Positions 50,118 through 64,000 of a DNA stretch of 64,000 nucleotides are shown piece by piece. The notes below the pieces were generated by a model, which saw only the letters and a program-made list of their open reading frames with translations, was not told the origin of the DNA and ran no database searches. Position numbers and translations under genes: made by a program. Source of the stretch: Octopus sinensis (lineage: Eukaryota); NCBI RefSeq assembly GCF_006345805.1, contig NC_043002.1, positions 35,154,001-35,218,000 on the forward strand, given 5' to 3'. Each line of letters opens with the position of its first letter. Within the stretch, counting starts at the first letter, position 1.

Positions 50118-50465
50118 TACACAAAAAAACAAGGAGAGTAAAGAATGTGTGTAGGAGCTAACGATCTATCATGGCGTCCTGACTTCGGACAGTGGTCAGA
50201 TGCGAGAGGGACAGTAGGGGAGATAACAGGGACAAGTGACATATACATATACATGTGTGTATATATATATATATATATACATACATACACATATATATAA
50301 TAGATTTTCAAAAAACACACCTTATTATAATGAAGCCTTGTGGGAGGCAGGATATAATAATAGTATTAAATTCTTTATGATAAGTTTTATTTAGGAAATT
50401 ATGGTTTTAATAATAGACTAAAAGATAATAAATTTAATTCATTTAATGATAATAATAAATATAAT

Positions 50466-50800
50466 TACGGAGATGTACTTGCATAACAAGTGATTTGATC
50501 TGAGATCGTGTGCTGGAACGAAAACAACTGCAGCGTGGAAGGTGTTTGTAAGCCATTTAAGAAACACAAAAGCCGTTCGATTCACTTCAACATTTAAGTT
50601 TAATTTGTCAAAATATTTTCGGCGCTATAAGACCGTGACTTGTTCACTGACAAAAAAGATGCAGCACGGATTTTTGTCAGTGAACAGGTCGTGGTCTTAT
50701 AGCGACGAAAATATTTTGACAAATTAAACTTACATGTTGAAGTGAATCGAACGGCTTTTGTGTGTTTCTTAAATGGCTTACAAACACCTTCCATGCTGCA
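50466..50800. mobile_element. Palindromic (hairpin) MITE-like insertion inside the Penelope-like element
   Basis: 50529-50656 is the near-perfect reverse complement of 50671-50800, with a 14-nt loop. Confidence 0.85.
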
Positions 50801-51789
50801 ATAAATATAATAATATAAATAAAAATAATGTTAATACTAAGAACAAAATTTGGTTAATTATTCCTTATGGGGCTCAAGTTAAAACAAACATTATTAAAGA
50901 GATATTAAAACAAATTGAAGTATTCATTATAGATAATAAAAAATATAATAACGTTTTTTTCTAGTAATAATTTTAGAGTTGGCTATTCTACTACTAATAA
51001 TGTTGGTAACATTATTTCTTTTAATAGATTTAAGCTTAATAAGTTTTACAGTAACAAATTAATGATTATTCCAATAATAATAAAGACCAGAATATAATTA
51101 ATTGTACATGTAGAGATAAGACAAAATGTAAATTTAAAAATAAATGTAATTTGGATGATGTAGTATATAAATGTGTAGTAACTTTGATAATATTAATATG
51201 AATAGTTATAATCTAAATGCAATTTACGTGGGGTCGACTTCTAATAAAATTAAATTAAGGATGGCTCAACACATGTATTCATTTAAGAATAAAACATTGA
51301 TTAATTCTACTGGCCTTAGCAAATATATATGGGGATTGAAATCTAAAGGAATTAAGTATAATTTAAATTGGGAGATAGTTTGTAAAGCACCTTCTTATCG
51401 AATAGGTAATAATTTTTGTTTACTATGTACAAATAAGTTTATGGAGATATTACTATCTAAAAATTAAAAAAATTGTTTAATTCCAAGATAAGCGAAAAAT
51501 TAAATGTAGACATAAGTTAAATTACTTATATAATAAGTTTAGCTAATTTGTGTATATATTTAACCCTGATTTATGTCACTAATTTTTGTAGTTATAATTT
51601 GTAGTTGTATAATGAGTATAAGTTAGCAGGAGATTACATTAAAATAAGATTAAACCAAGGTGTTTAAAAAAGAAATTGATGAATATAGATTAAGTTATCG
51701 AAAATTAGTTTATTCTATGTATTTTACGTATTTTAGTTTTAAATTATTGAGAATTAAGAATATTTCCAGTAAATCGTATATTACATCTA

Positions 51790-52035
51790 GTTTGTGGAGG
51801 ATCGCGGTTTCGATTCCCAGACCGAGTGTTGTGTGTGTTTATTGAACGAAAACACCTAAAGCTTCATGAGGCTCCAGCAGGGGGTGGTGGTGACCTCTGT
51901 TGTACTCTTTCACCGCAACTTTCTTTCTTCCTGTTTCTTGAGAAATGCTGCAATGGACTGGCATCCTGTCCAGCTGGTGGGGAACACATACGCCATAGAA
52001 ACTGGGCCCATGAGCCTGACTAGACTTGAAAAGGG
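51790..52035 (+). mobile_element. tRNA-derived SINE with V-domain-like core
   Basis: B-box-like ggtttcgattcccagacc and core tgcaatggactggcatcctgtccag. A related decayed copy lies at about 63195-63380 (-). Confidence 0.6.
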
Positions 52036-52300
52036 CGCATAAAAATAAATAATACATCTATTTATTCTATAGTTATTATTTATGTCATGTTTTCACGTGA
52101 TAAATTTCTTAGCAATGCTAGGTTCTAAGTTTAACATTTGAAACTTCAGTTAACTGGAATTCTTCATTAAGATAAATTATGATTTTATTTTTCATTAATA
52201 TTATAATTTTTTATTTGTTTATTTAGTGTTAGGATATGTATATTTCTGTATTTATTTGTTAATTTATTGTGTTTAGATACATTTATTTTATTATTATTTT

Positions 52301-52400
52301 AGACCTGAAGAGTGGCTATATTTTTAAATCGAATTAATTTTAATAGTATCGATTTTATTACTATCGATTTAAAATATAATCATGAAATGCTCATAGTCAA
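52301..52400 (+). ncRNA. Type I hammerhead ribozyme motif in the Penelope 3' region
   Basis: GAC CUGAAGA [~20-bp helix II, 52312-52332 with 52364-52383] GAAA UG-CU-CA UA/ GUC; predicted cleavage after 52395. Confidence 0.65.
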
Positions 52401-52616
52401 TTTAATGTTTATTTAATTTAGTGATTTTTTAAAATAATATTTATTATAGTATATTTAAATTTTTTCTATATGGTGTAGGTAATGTTTTTCACTATTGAAT
52501 TACTTAATAGGGATTATTTCTCTTAATTATATACATATATTATATATTGTGAAATTTGATTTAGAATTGCTAAATTGAATTTTCCCTGTAAGTTTGGAAT
52601 TATATTCCCTACTATT

Positions 52617-52621
<5 letters not shown>

Positions 52622-52648
<27 letters not shown>

Positions 52649-52760
52649 GCATATATACATACATACATACATACATATATATATGAATATATACATGTAT
52701 ATATATATATATATATATGCATATATACATACATACATACATACATATATATATGAATAT

Positions 52761-52791
<31 letters not shown>

Positions 52792-52992
52792 CATACATAT
52801 ATATGTGTGTATATATATATATATACGCACATATATATACATATAAATATATATATATACACATATATATACATATATACAAATGTATATATATACACAT
52901 ATATACAAACACACACACATATATATATATACACACACGCATTTATACACATATACACATATATATACATATATCGAGAGAGAGAGAGAGAG
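52622..52992. repeat. Compound (TA)n/(CATA)n/(CA)n/(GA)n microsatellite
   Basis: Directly visible; includes a duplicated ~72-bp block. Confidence 0.95.
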
Positions 52993-53584
52993 CATTCTTT
53001 ATATTCTTGAAATAAACAAATTTTTCTTTTGTATAATTTGTATCATCTACATTCCATAGATATAATGGTAAAAGCATTGCTGCAAAGAACAGCCAGTTAT
53101 ATCCACTGCATGAAACACTCTATATCATGGGGCTCTTTCCTTAGGTCTAACGCCTTCATTCCAATTTGACAAAAGAGAGAAGCTGTCCAGGGGTCTAAGA
53201 TATCAAAGGTTTCAATAGCGACTTTTGCAAAAAGGGATCTCTCCATCAGTGACTCCAGCTTAGTCATCGGCTTCTCTGTTTAGCAGGTAGCAGCTCCTGG
53301 GTTTATGGCCAACATGACAAGGTTGGCACTAGAAAATGTCGACTATACAAGTTAAGTAACTTATTACTATTTGGAGAACACATTCAATTATGAATTTATA
53401 GATAGTAAGCTTTTGTTTAAAATATATTGATATGAGGGAAATATTATTTAAAACCATAATTTTAATTTTTCCTTCTCATTGAAATGATACAACTGCAGCT
53501 TTACCGGTTTACTGCAATATTAAGAACAATCAGCATTTTGGAACTCCTGTATCTTGTGCGACCAAGGTAATTATAATTTTAATG

Positions 53585-54020
53585 ATACTCCCCTTAGAAT
53601 AATGATGTGGAGATAATATTATAACCAGCAGATAACTAGCAGAATCGTTAACACACCTGGCAAAATGCCCAGTGGCGTTTCATTTGACTTTACATTCTGA
53701 GTTCAAATGCCACCAGGGTTGACTTTGCCTTTCACACTTTTGGGGTCAATAAAACAAGTATCAGTTGAGCAATGGAGTTGATCTAATTGACTTAGCCCGT
53801 GTGCCAAAATTTGAAGTCAATATTATCACCAACATTAACAGAAAAATTAGAAGTGATTAATATTGATCTCTGATTTAGGCACAGGCCAGTAATTTTTAAG
53901 AGTGGGGATTAGTTGACAATATCGTCCCTAATACTTTACAGGTATTTTATTATATTGACTCCAGAAGAATGAAGAGCAAAGTTGGCCCCAGTGGAATTTG
54001 AAATCAGAACATAAGCCAGA
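53585..54020. mobile_element. Two tRNA-derived SINE copies in opposite orientation (+ 53585-53820, - 53875-54020)
   Basis: tctgagttcaaatgccaccagggttgactttgcctttc on +, and aaaggttggccccagtggaatttgaaatcagaac-type sequence on -. Confidence 0.7.
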
Positions 54021-57000
54021 AACCAGTAATTACTACTGCTTTATAGGTTAGATGGAATTATCTCATTATTTAGTAATGATAAATTGTGAATTCGCATATG
54101 GCAAGCTTTACATAGAATTTATTGCACATGTGACTTATTTATTGTATTTTGTTTCTCTTGTTATAAAAGTTATATAGATTAATAACTCTTGAAAGACCAA
54201 TGCAAGTCATAATATACATACCCAGTCACTCATTGACATAATGGCTGGTATCAGTTACCTGCACCAATATGTTGCAATATTGACTGCAAAATAATGGATT
54301 GCAATTTGAATACATCATAGTTATTTGATATTTCTTTATATTTGTATTTTATTTATATAGGCATTATTGGAGGTATATACACTAAAACACTGCTGTTGAT
54401 TGGAGTGCTAGAGCTTCCATGCAATGGTTACATGTGGGTTGATTTGCAGTTGTAATTGATTTTGTTTTATCTTTCAAATTTAGATAAATGTTATCATACT
54501 GTGCCAGTAAACTCAATACTTTAGAACATTTTTTAGTCCTTTAGGAAGATAATGAATTATAATTTCAATGAATAAACCAGGTACATTGATTTTGAATATT
54601 GCTGGGTTTCTGTTATTTGCAATTATTAACATATTTGCTACAAATATCTACATGAACAAAATCAATCATTGTGTGGAAATTTCTTTTTGAAATAATATGG
54701 TATTGGATGATCCTTAAATAGGGTTAACACAATTCATAATATATCTTTTGATAAGATAATGGTGGGTGTGAATCCAGAACAGACTTCCAAGCTGAATTCA
54801 TTTTTATGCACTTACATCTTGGAGCTGGTGTAATGCTAAAGAAATTTGGTAATTATCTTGTTCTAAAGAGTATTGCTAAATTACTTTAAAATATTTTAGA
54901 CATTGTAAGCATCAAATCATTTTGAAAAGAAAGCAAAAGTCCATTGAACCAAGTCTATCAATTATTGACAAGCAACAAATATGCTAAGTCTCACTACTGG
55001 GCCTATTTTACCCATCCCTCTGAAATCAGTGTTTATAATTATTTTATTCTTTTACTCATTTCAATCTTTTGAATAGCAACTGTGCTATTCAAAAGCACTG
55101 CTTTTATTGAGCCAAGTATTTTGTCAGATACATGCTTTTATCCCCCTTTTGCATAAAGGTACATAATTCACATAAAAACAAGGTATTTTTCTTTGAGGCA
55201 GTGATTTATTGGCAATAACCCCTTACGCATATTCTACTAAATTTCACTCCCAGAGCATTTATCAACTTGAAACAATAATAGAGACATTTGTCCAGTGTGC
55301 CAACCTAGAATCACATGAAGTGAATTTCTTATAATATCAAATTGAAAATTTAAAAAAACAATTAAGTTCCATCAATGGCCTTGCTGATCCATTCCTTCTC
55401 AAATTAGGATTAATAATATCTAACACCATTTACATTAAGATCTTAGATGTTAATTTATATGCTTCATTGTTAAATGAATGAATTTTGCTGCAAACTTATT
55501 TCAGTACTTCTGTTTTTAGATGTTTCTGATGCTTCATTCAGTGATTGGTTGGCAATTCACAGTAGATGGTTAGATGTCAGTATAGCTTAGTGCAACTAAG
55601 TCTTGTGGTACATGTGATAGTGAAAAAATTTTAATAATTTGTTGTATTATTGAATCTTTAAATCTAGAACTCATTTGTTGAAATCAATTTCACTTTGATT
55701 AGTTTGTTAATGGAACATATTTAACTACGAGCAAAACGCCCCCCCCCCGTCCAATGGATGGTGCTGAGTTGTCAAACATTTAAACCAAATTTTCTCAAAA
55801 CAACTTGTCCGACCATCCCATAGGCCTCCCCTTTGAGAAACACTGATTTAACCTAAATTTGAGACACCAGCAAAAGAAGAAATAAAGATAGACTTTTTTT
55901 CTATTCCAAAGAAAAACGATTTTATTCACACAAATATGCAACCGAAAAGTTTAAAGTACCAGTAACTACATCGCAACAGCTGATGTACTTACACATACAA
56001 ATGCACGTTCCCATGGCTTTATTGATTGCATTCTCACCTGGAATCAATTTTTGTAATTTTTTCAAGACTTATACACACCCTGATACCATCAGTATCTACA
56101 TATCAAATAGCAATCAGATGGAGGAAGCCCAAGATCCTAGAAGACACACACACACAGAGACAGAATGGATTTTATATAATAGATTAAACTATATGTTATA
56201 AACAACACAAATATTATTCTGCTAAATCAATCACACAAATATATTTGAAATACTGCAAATAATAAAAAATTTCTTTTAGACTATTACAAATCTAGTTTTT
56301 GAAAGATGTTTACAGTGAGGAACAATGTTAACTTATACTGCTTTTATTATACTAATCCTAATTTATAATGACTAAATTATAGTATTTGTTAAGATTAGAA
56401 ATTTTCTAACAATTAAGTTCATCTTCAGAAGTGAAAAAATATTTAATTTTTACATTCACATTTTCATCAGTTTGGCTCCTGGTCAACATCAAGTGTTTTA
56501 CTTATGGGTGTATACATAGCATCATAATGGATTCAAACAAGGAATTATTATACCTAAACTGAAAGTAATAATTTTTTTATCAACCAACATAAGAAATGAG
56601 TATGTCCAAGAAAATTCAGAGAATCTGCAATATACGTAACATGATAACAGTTTTCAAAAGTAACACCTCACCTTGCAATTTCTTCTGCAAATTTAAACCT
56701 CCCAACAAGTCACAAATTATACATAAACTGATAACATCTTAAGCATTTGCAGGTCATATAAAGGTAAAAGTTGAAGGCCTCTAAATGTCATATCAGGATA
56801 ATTAAAAAGGAGAACCCTCTAAATCAAGATTGGCTGAAAATACATGCTGTAAGAAAGGAAATCATATAGTGATATATAGAATGAAATTTCTATAATTGAT
56901 GGAGAACCACAATATGACATAGTAAAATCAGAGAAACTGTGCATACAAAGCTTGCTAAAAATCCAATCAGTAAACCCTGCACTGGCAAATGAATATGGCT

Positions 57001-59364
57001 GGTTTTACTGAAAGATAAATTTAACCTAAAATTGTAGCATTGTATTAGCATATGTCACCTAGGTGATATTTTATAATAGGTTGAACTATTAACTTTATTT
57101 TAAAAAAGGAAAAATATTTGATATTATGTCAACACTACATCTTGGTCAGTTTGAACACCAACTATCAGCAGGAGTTTTATTTCTGACTATGTAAATAATA
57201 CCAGACTGAATTCAAAATAAGAATCTCTACTCCTAAGATTACTTTATAGTGAGGGCACTTTAATACTAACCATCACCCCAACCCTTAGCTTAGAAATAAA
57301 GATTCCTATTTTGAATTGTGTCCGACACAGCAAAGAATAAGGCATCTGATGTTAATAGGAGTTCAAGATGATAAAAATATAGTACAGATGTAATATCAAT
57401 TTCTTTTTTTTCATCTCTAAAGATACAGTTAAACAATTATGAAATTTTTAACAGCTGATCTAGCAAACTAGCAGAGGAGTCATTAGAGTGTTGGATAAAA
57501 AACCTAGTTGTATTTGTTGTAGTTATCTACACACTGAATTCAAATCATACTGAGACTAACTTTACCTTTCATCTCTTCAGGCAGGGTCAGATTAAGACCC
57601 ATCAAGCTCTAAGCACTTAAAAGATTTTGGTGCCCTCATAAGAGATTATGTAATTCAAAATATAAACAATAACAAACCATAAAATAAATATTTATTTTTC
57701 AAAATGGAAAAAAATAATAAGAGGGGAAAATAATGTTTATTTTTGTGTACTTCCACTTCATTTATATTTGAAAAGTTTCCTCCTACTTTTTTGAATTGCA
57801 AAGTCTTAGATCATATCCTCAAAATTAATCTTAGGTAATACATCTGCATCTATACTTAGTAGAGATAAAGGCATCCTGAATATTATTTTAGCAAGTTTAA
57901 AGTGATTTCTTTTATGCAGTAAACCATTAACATTTCTGTGGTGCTCCCTCCTTCCCTTGATGCCATAAGCACATGCTTAATGGTTAATCCAGCACTGTTT
58001 TCAGGATTGATAAAATAAAGTACTTGCAGTATGCATTCTAACTTTCTGTTCTGAGTTCTTGGGAAATTTGTTACCAGGTTTAACACCACTATGTGGTCCT
58101 AGGATTCCTTTAGCAGAGTTCAATCTGTTTCACACATTCAAGCCAGATCTGCATTTTGAAGATAACTTCCACCCTTTCTCCCAACAGTCCTGGAGAATCC
58201 CCCCAAAAATAAAGTGATCAATAGTACTGCCCTTCCTTCTCTGACTAAACTACAGGACCCTGCCTCCAACCCATTTATTACTGAAGTTTTTCGTTGAAAT
58301 CTTGATTAATGGCATGTCAAGTAAACTCATTCCATCATGAAATAATTATATCACTGAATTAACAAATGCTAATCTTATCATAAAAATAGGGTACAATATA
58401 TCAGAAATAATGAATCTGCATTTATACAGTAATTTGACAGAAAATTAAATGAGATCTGGTGAACTTAAATTAATTTTAACACAGTATTAATGTTGCTCGT
58501 TAGTTCCAGTTCAGTTGTGTTGAACAGGTATATCTCCAAAGGCATTCCAGACATCTTTTTTTTTTTTTTTAACACATTGTAGACATAGGATTACATTAGC
58601 TAATGTAATTATTTTTAAAATGGTAAAGATTTTGGCTGTTATTTTTAGCAGGTTGAACAACCACATACAGGATATCTCATTGTATGAATATGTTAGTTGC
58701 AATGGAATGGAGTCAACTGAAGACAGTTGAAAAGAGGGTGTAACATTTAAGATAGTTTCTTTCAATTAAAAAATGTTGCACCTTTAAAGCTCTCTTTACT
58801 TTTGATTATGTGTCACATAAAAATTGATATAACCTTCTTAAAAGTATGTCAGTACAGGTCACCTTGTATGAAAGTGAGCTGACATGTACACATTTGTGGA
58901 CGAGTCATTTGCTAACCTCATGTTAGACTTCAAACATTTAATACATATTGAAGGACAGAACTTGATTGGTGCGTGTGTTTCTTATAAAAATTAATTACTG
59001 AAATGTTTTGCTAATTTTGACATTTACTTCAGTGAATGTAAATAATTTATATAATATATATATATAACTCTCGTCTGGAACAGTGGATCTCAAATCACAT
59101 AAAGCTATAAATATCATATAAATATTGGGTTTGAAAACCCTTTGGGACAAAATTAGTTGGCAGCTGCCTGTGGGACATGAACCCACATCTCCCACAGACA
59201 TGACAGAACAACCGTCAACTTATTTTTATCCAAAAGAATTTTGCAACACAATATTTATGTGCTATTTTTTATAGCTTTATGCATGTGCTTCAACATATTG
59301 TATTCCAAGCCAGAGGAGAGTTATTTCATGTTCTCTCGAAAGTTTATAAAATTCGTTTGACATA

Positions 59365-59403
<39 letters not shown>

Positions 59404-59510
59404 TGAGTGGACAAATGAAAGAAAGCTATCTGAGCCCAGTGAGCTAGGTTTCTGTATAAAACCAACAAGACTTCAACTTGCATGGGCCCTGATTCAAACT
59501 GTTTTAAATA

Positions 59511-59547
<37 letters not shown>

Positions 59548-59934
59548 CCTGTGTTTATGTCCTGTAACTTAGCAGTTTGGCAAGAGACCAATGTGATAAA
59601 TACTAGGCTTACAAAGAATAAGTCCTGGGGACAATTTCTTCAAATAGAACCCTTTAAGGTAGTGCTCCAGTTTGGCCACAGTCAAATGACTGAAGCAATA
59701 TATATATGGGGTGTGTATATCTATAAATCTCTATTTATATACATGGTGTGTGCATGTGTGTGTGTGTGTATATATTTACATAGAAAATCAATCATATATC
59801 CCCCCAAAAAAGCACACTCTAGACATTAGAACATTAGTATATTTAGAAGGTTGTTTGTTATGGCCAGCCAGAGTGGCCAATGGTTACTCTCTGACCAACC
59901 ATAACAAACAACCTTCTAAATATGCGTGTGTGTA

Positions 59935-60205
59935 TATCATCATCATCATCATCATCGTTTAGCGTCCGTTTTCCATGCTAGCATGGGTTGGACGGTTCTA
60001 CTGGGGTCTGTGAAGCCAGAAGGCTTCATCAGGCCCAGTCAAATCTGGCAGTGTTTCTACGGCTGGATGCCCTTCCTAACGCCAACCACTCCGTGAGTGT
60101 AGTGGGTGCTTTTTACGTGCCACCCGCACTGGTGCCAGACAGAGCTGGCAAATGGCCACGAACGGATGGTGCTTTTTATGTGCCACCGGCACGAGGGCCA
60201 GGCGA
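59935..60205 (-). mobile_element. Young RTE-related SINE/LINE 3' end
   Basis: (cat)n followed by cgtttagcgtccgttttccatgctagcatgggttggacgg; reverse complement of 2460-2717. Confidence 0.88.
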
Positions 60206-61509
60206 TATATATATAAATAGATGTGTGTATTTTCCCTTGTTAACAATTAACACGGAAAAAATATATAAATAGTTACCAGAGTAGCAAAAAAATCACATAA
60301 GTAAACAGGTTGTAACTCCTTGTTTTTAAAGGTAGAAACTTCGGGTTTATGTGAAATATTTTGCATAATATATATAAATAAATAAATGGAGTTAAACGCA
60401 GGTGTCATTCGAATTCTTTTATTTCCAACATATATTTCAAAGATATCACTGGTATTATTCCAAAGGAATAAAATGGTGTAAAACAATGTAATCTTCTCTT
60501 CAGGGAAGTGAAGAAATGAAACTCATCAGTAAGACATTTTAAGAGAAAATTATATATATAATTGTAACCATGTTTATTTTACAGAATCTGAATGTTACAT
60601 TAATATACATTAACAACCATGATGATAAAGAAGATTAAAAACATCCTTGTAGACTTTAAATTTGATCCTTTTATGGCTATATTATAAATTGTAATATGCT
60701 CTCCATGTCTTTCAACATACTTTGAAAATAATCAGGAATTTGGAATGATTTAGTTAAATAACAAACTTTCTCCAAATTAAACTGGTGGTTGGCACATTAC
60801 TTTAACAATGAAGTTCTTTCATAAAATTGGGATGAAAATTTTATCATTGAACAAATGAACCATCACAGGCAAGGTGTGAGAACTGGGTTAATTGAGCTGA
60901 GTTGGATAAATCTTAAAATAATTATTGAATGAAATTTTGTCCTTTAGATTTTTGTAGTTTTTATTACTGATTCCAGTAAAAACATAAGATTTAAAAAAAT
61001 ATTTTGTATATAACTTTTTAATGACTTTAATTAAACTTAGCATGGATTCTTTGGAATATTTTATGCGTAGCCCAGTTAACAAAGTAGTTCTCTCCCTTAG
61101 ATATATCCCTGACTTCAATTGTCTGTGATTCTCAAGAGTAAATGAATAATCATTTCATCTGACAGCAAATATCACAGATATTGGCAGAGGACAAATCAAC
61201 AGTTGAGAAAACCAAAGAGTTACTACATTTACAATGTCATATATACTGCAACCACAATATGGATTTGTTACATTTGCTCTTCAGGATAAAAAGGAAAAAT
61301 TTACATTCTTTAAATGGTCACAAATACAGAAAAAAGTTTTTCAATGCTTTAAAAAAATATATAAGGATAAAATTTTCATTTTCTTCATTTTTCATTGTTT
61401 TGCATATACAACATCAAAATCTAAAGTTTTAACATGGAGATATAGCACAAATCATGTCAGCACTAAAAAAAATTAATTTAAAGGAATGTTTTAAGCTTAT
61501 GGATAAGGT

Positions 61510-61665
61510 GCGGGCATGGTCGTGTGTTTAACAAGTTTGCTTTCCAACTATGTGTTTTGGGGTTCAGTCACACAATATGGCACCTTGAGCAAGTGTCTTC
61601 TACTATAACCCCAGGTCAACCAAAGCCTTGTGAGTGGATCTGGGGGAAAGAAACTATATACCATG
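61510..61665 (+). mobile_element. tRNA-derived CORE-like SINE, 5' part
   Basis: ggttcagtcacacaatatggcaccttgagcaagtgtcttctactataacccc...caaagccttgtgagtgg. Confidence 0.75.
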
Positions 61666-61789
61666 CTCAGGTGCACTACAACTCCTCACAAAAAGTAGCC
61701 AAAACTGCATAAACAATACACCTGATGCCTCTACAGCCTTTTTTAAGGACTCATTCACTGCTCAGTTCTTGTACATGTTCTAATAGTAC

Positions 61790-62070
61790 ATAGAGTATGT
61801 ACAAGCAGTGAACAGCAAATGAGTAATTTAAAAGGTGGGAGGGGGGGTGCATCGCGTACTGTTGGCAAATCTCAGGAAGTATGGAAATTTTGAAGGAAAT
61901 AGGTATCCTGACAGCTAACAACTGATGTGGGTAGTTTATTCCATGCTTCAACAATTCTGAGCATAAGAAAACGTTTCCAAAAGTTATATGTACTGTGTTG
62001 TCTTTTGATTTTGTAAGCATGTCCATGAGTGTTAGACATATAATTCAAAAAGGTGCCCAAGGTTGTTGTT
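61790..62070 (-). mobile_element. CR1-clade LINE ORF2 C-terminus
   Basis: NTHGHAYKIKRQHS...RFLMLRIVEAWNKLPTSVVSC matches the TRGH...WNxLP CR1 terminus. Confidence 0.75.
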
Positions 62071-62350
62071 GTTAGAAAAATGGTGGATAATCTTGTGGAT
62101 GTATACCAAGTCAGTTGGCAGATGCCAGAGCTTTAATACGTCCAGGCTCAGGAAAGCAAGACATTATATATATATATAAAACTATGTTTGTGTTTGCTTA
62201 TGTCCACCATAACTTAGCAGTTCGGTAAAAACAGACTTATTCCACTAAAAACAAATTTATCCACTAAAACCTTCAAAGAAGTGCCCCAGTATGGCCACAA
62301 TCAAATGACTGAAATAAGAAAAAAAATATATATATGCATGTATGTATAGC

Positions 62351-62386
<36 letters not shown>

Positions 62387-64000
62387 GTACATGCAGAATT
62401 TAGGCAACTGATAAATTTTCTTTATATCTTCCATTTTTCATTTTAAAAATTAAACCCAGACCAAACTTACTGCCATTTGAGTATACAAAATGAAAAACCT
62501 AAATGAATTAGTTATTTTAACCCCTGCTAAATATTTTAACCCTGCTAAAAAATGAAACATCAAATTAGTTTTTCTAGTGCTTTGCCCTCATATAAATGAT
62601 TTAAGTTTAAACAGGTATGGTTAAATTTGACTGATTAGGCTGTTGTACTGGACCTCGTTGAGAACACCAAACTGGAACCAAGTTGTCTGCCGAAAGGTCT
62701 CCCCAGGGTATAAAACTGTATTTGGAAATTTAGGCTGGAAAGGAAATAATAAGGTATTTTCAATAGGAATTAAGTTAGTGTTATTTACATTTTGTTACTA
62801 GAAAGAATAGGATTTGCATATATTTCTTATAATAAAATAGCACCATAGCTAATTAGAAAGGAGAGAGCTTAGATTTGTCTGCTACTTGTACTGTTGCTCT
62901 TTGTGTATCAAGTATACAGGGTTAGCAGTGATGTAAAAAGGCTATTGGTATCACAAATTCTTGAATATATCTAATCTCCGTATAGATGCAGGCTCCCTAC
63001 AAGCAATGCAAAGGATGGCATCTATTGTTTGTTTCTGGATGTGACACTGTAAATAAACTGCTAAATTCAGGCTTTGTCCTCCAATGTGTGTGTAGCATTA
63101 GCAGCCCTAAAGCATGGGAATATTTCTTGCTATGAAGACAAGAAGAAAAGCAAAGTAATAGAGCCTGTTACCCAGTTTCCACATGGTACAAGTAACTGAA
63201 ATTACAACATTCCCACGGAATGGGATGCCAATCTGTTGCAGAATTACTTATTTACAGCTGAGTAGAGTGGAGGAATATGACATGGAGTGTTTTGCTGAAG
63301 AACACAGCACCATCACCCAGTGTGGGAATCAAAAGCGCAATCTTACAATCATGAGTATAACACCCCAACAATAAGCCAATACACTTCTACTCTGAAGACA
63401 TACATAGAAGACAAAATATCTTGCCTGTCTAAAGCAAAAATGGTTCTGTATCTCAGAGAATTGTGAATTTTTTCTAGACTACTGGAAGCTGTTAGAAATA
63501 ACTGCATGAAACAAGACTTGCTAAGCATACACTAATAGCCAATGCTCTACAGGGAGCTGGAAGGCAAAGAAGAAGAATATATCTAATTGTTAGCAGATTT
63601 TTGTTTTTGTTGTTGCTATTCTCCTTCATGCACAATATGTCCATGATCAATTTTGGTCATGTTATGTTATGAATGCCTTAAAGAATGCAAAACTTCACAA
63701 CTTATCATTTGTTTTCTTATAAATTAAAGTCTGTTTCTCTCATTCAAATTATCTTAAATCTATATATTAACAGGACTAATCCATTTTAACTTACCTAGCA
63801 GATAACCCTATCCAGAAAGGGTGTAATTATTTGTTTATGTATTAAAATATTTAAAAAATAATAACACATATAATATATAGAATTTGTTCTTTAAAATGGT
63901 ATGTTACATGAACATAGCTTAAAAAAGTTTAATCCAAAATAAACATCAAAATTTAGAAATGAAAACTGCAATTATTTTTGAACCAACCTAACCCCAGACA

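Larger units (their letters stand above)
50330..52500 (+). mobile_element. 5'-truncated AT-rich Penelope-like element (RT thumb, GIY-YIG, 3' pLTR)
   Basis: YNEALWEAGY; KIWLIIPYGAQVKTNIIKEILK; CTCRDKTKC...VVYKC; IYVGSTSNKIKLRMAQHMYSF...GLSKYIWGLK...WEIVCKAPSY...CLLC. Confidence 0.85.

Noticed and set aside
52523-53015. Five 97-147 aa ORFs
   Set aside because: Translations of a TA/CA microsatellite.
55824-55845. hAT-like terminus (reverse complement CAGTGTTTCTCAAAGGGGAGGC)
   Set aside because: No matching second end or TSD was found; at most a solo remnant.
60590-61480. Several open stretches of 70-80 codons on both strands (e.g. ...FQKYVERHGEHITIYNIAIK...)
   Set aside because: No convincing family motif or splice-bounded exon by eye; a translated search would be needed.

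Overview
This is AT-rich animal genomic DNA, probably from an octopus. That assignment is inferred from recognised SINE/RTE 3' tails and the [10 protein letters not shown]-type finger style, not from a database search. The window is part of a C2H2 zinc-finger gene cluster with three single-coding-exon genes: 7669-8598 (-), 10 fingers; 29489-30634 (+), 12 fingers; and 38504-40992 (+), which carries an exact 839-bp (10 fingers minus 1 nt) tandem duplication that shifts the frame. An intronless 871-aa USP35/USP38-family deubiquitinase (19175-21790, -) sits between them. It keeps its catalytic triad, but its Cys box and His box are atypical, and its 5' leader resembles those of the neighbouring ZNF genes. 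The remainder is a dense transposon landscape: tRNA-derived SINEs, RTE, CR1 and Tx1 LINE fragments (including a three-level nest), Penelope-like elements with hammerhead ribozyme motifs, maT/mariner and Helitron fragments, and several long-inverted-repeat elements. No rRNA, tRNA gene or CRISPR array is supported. All alignments were done by eye, and TE boundaries are approximate unless a target-site duplication (TSD) is quoted.
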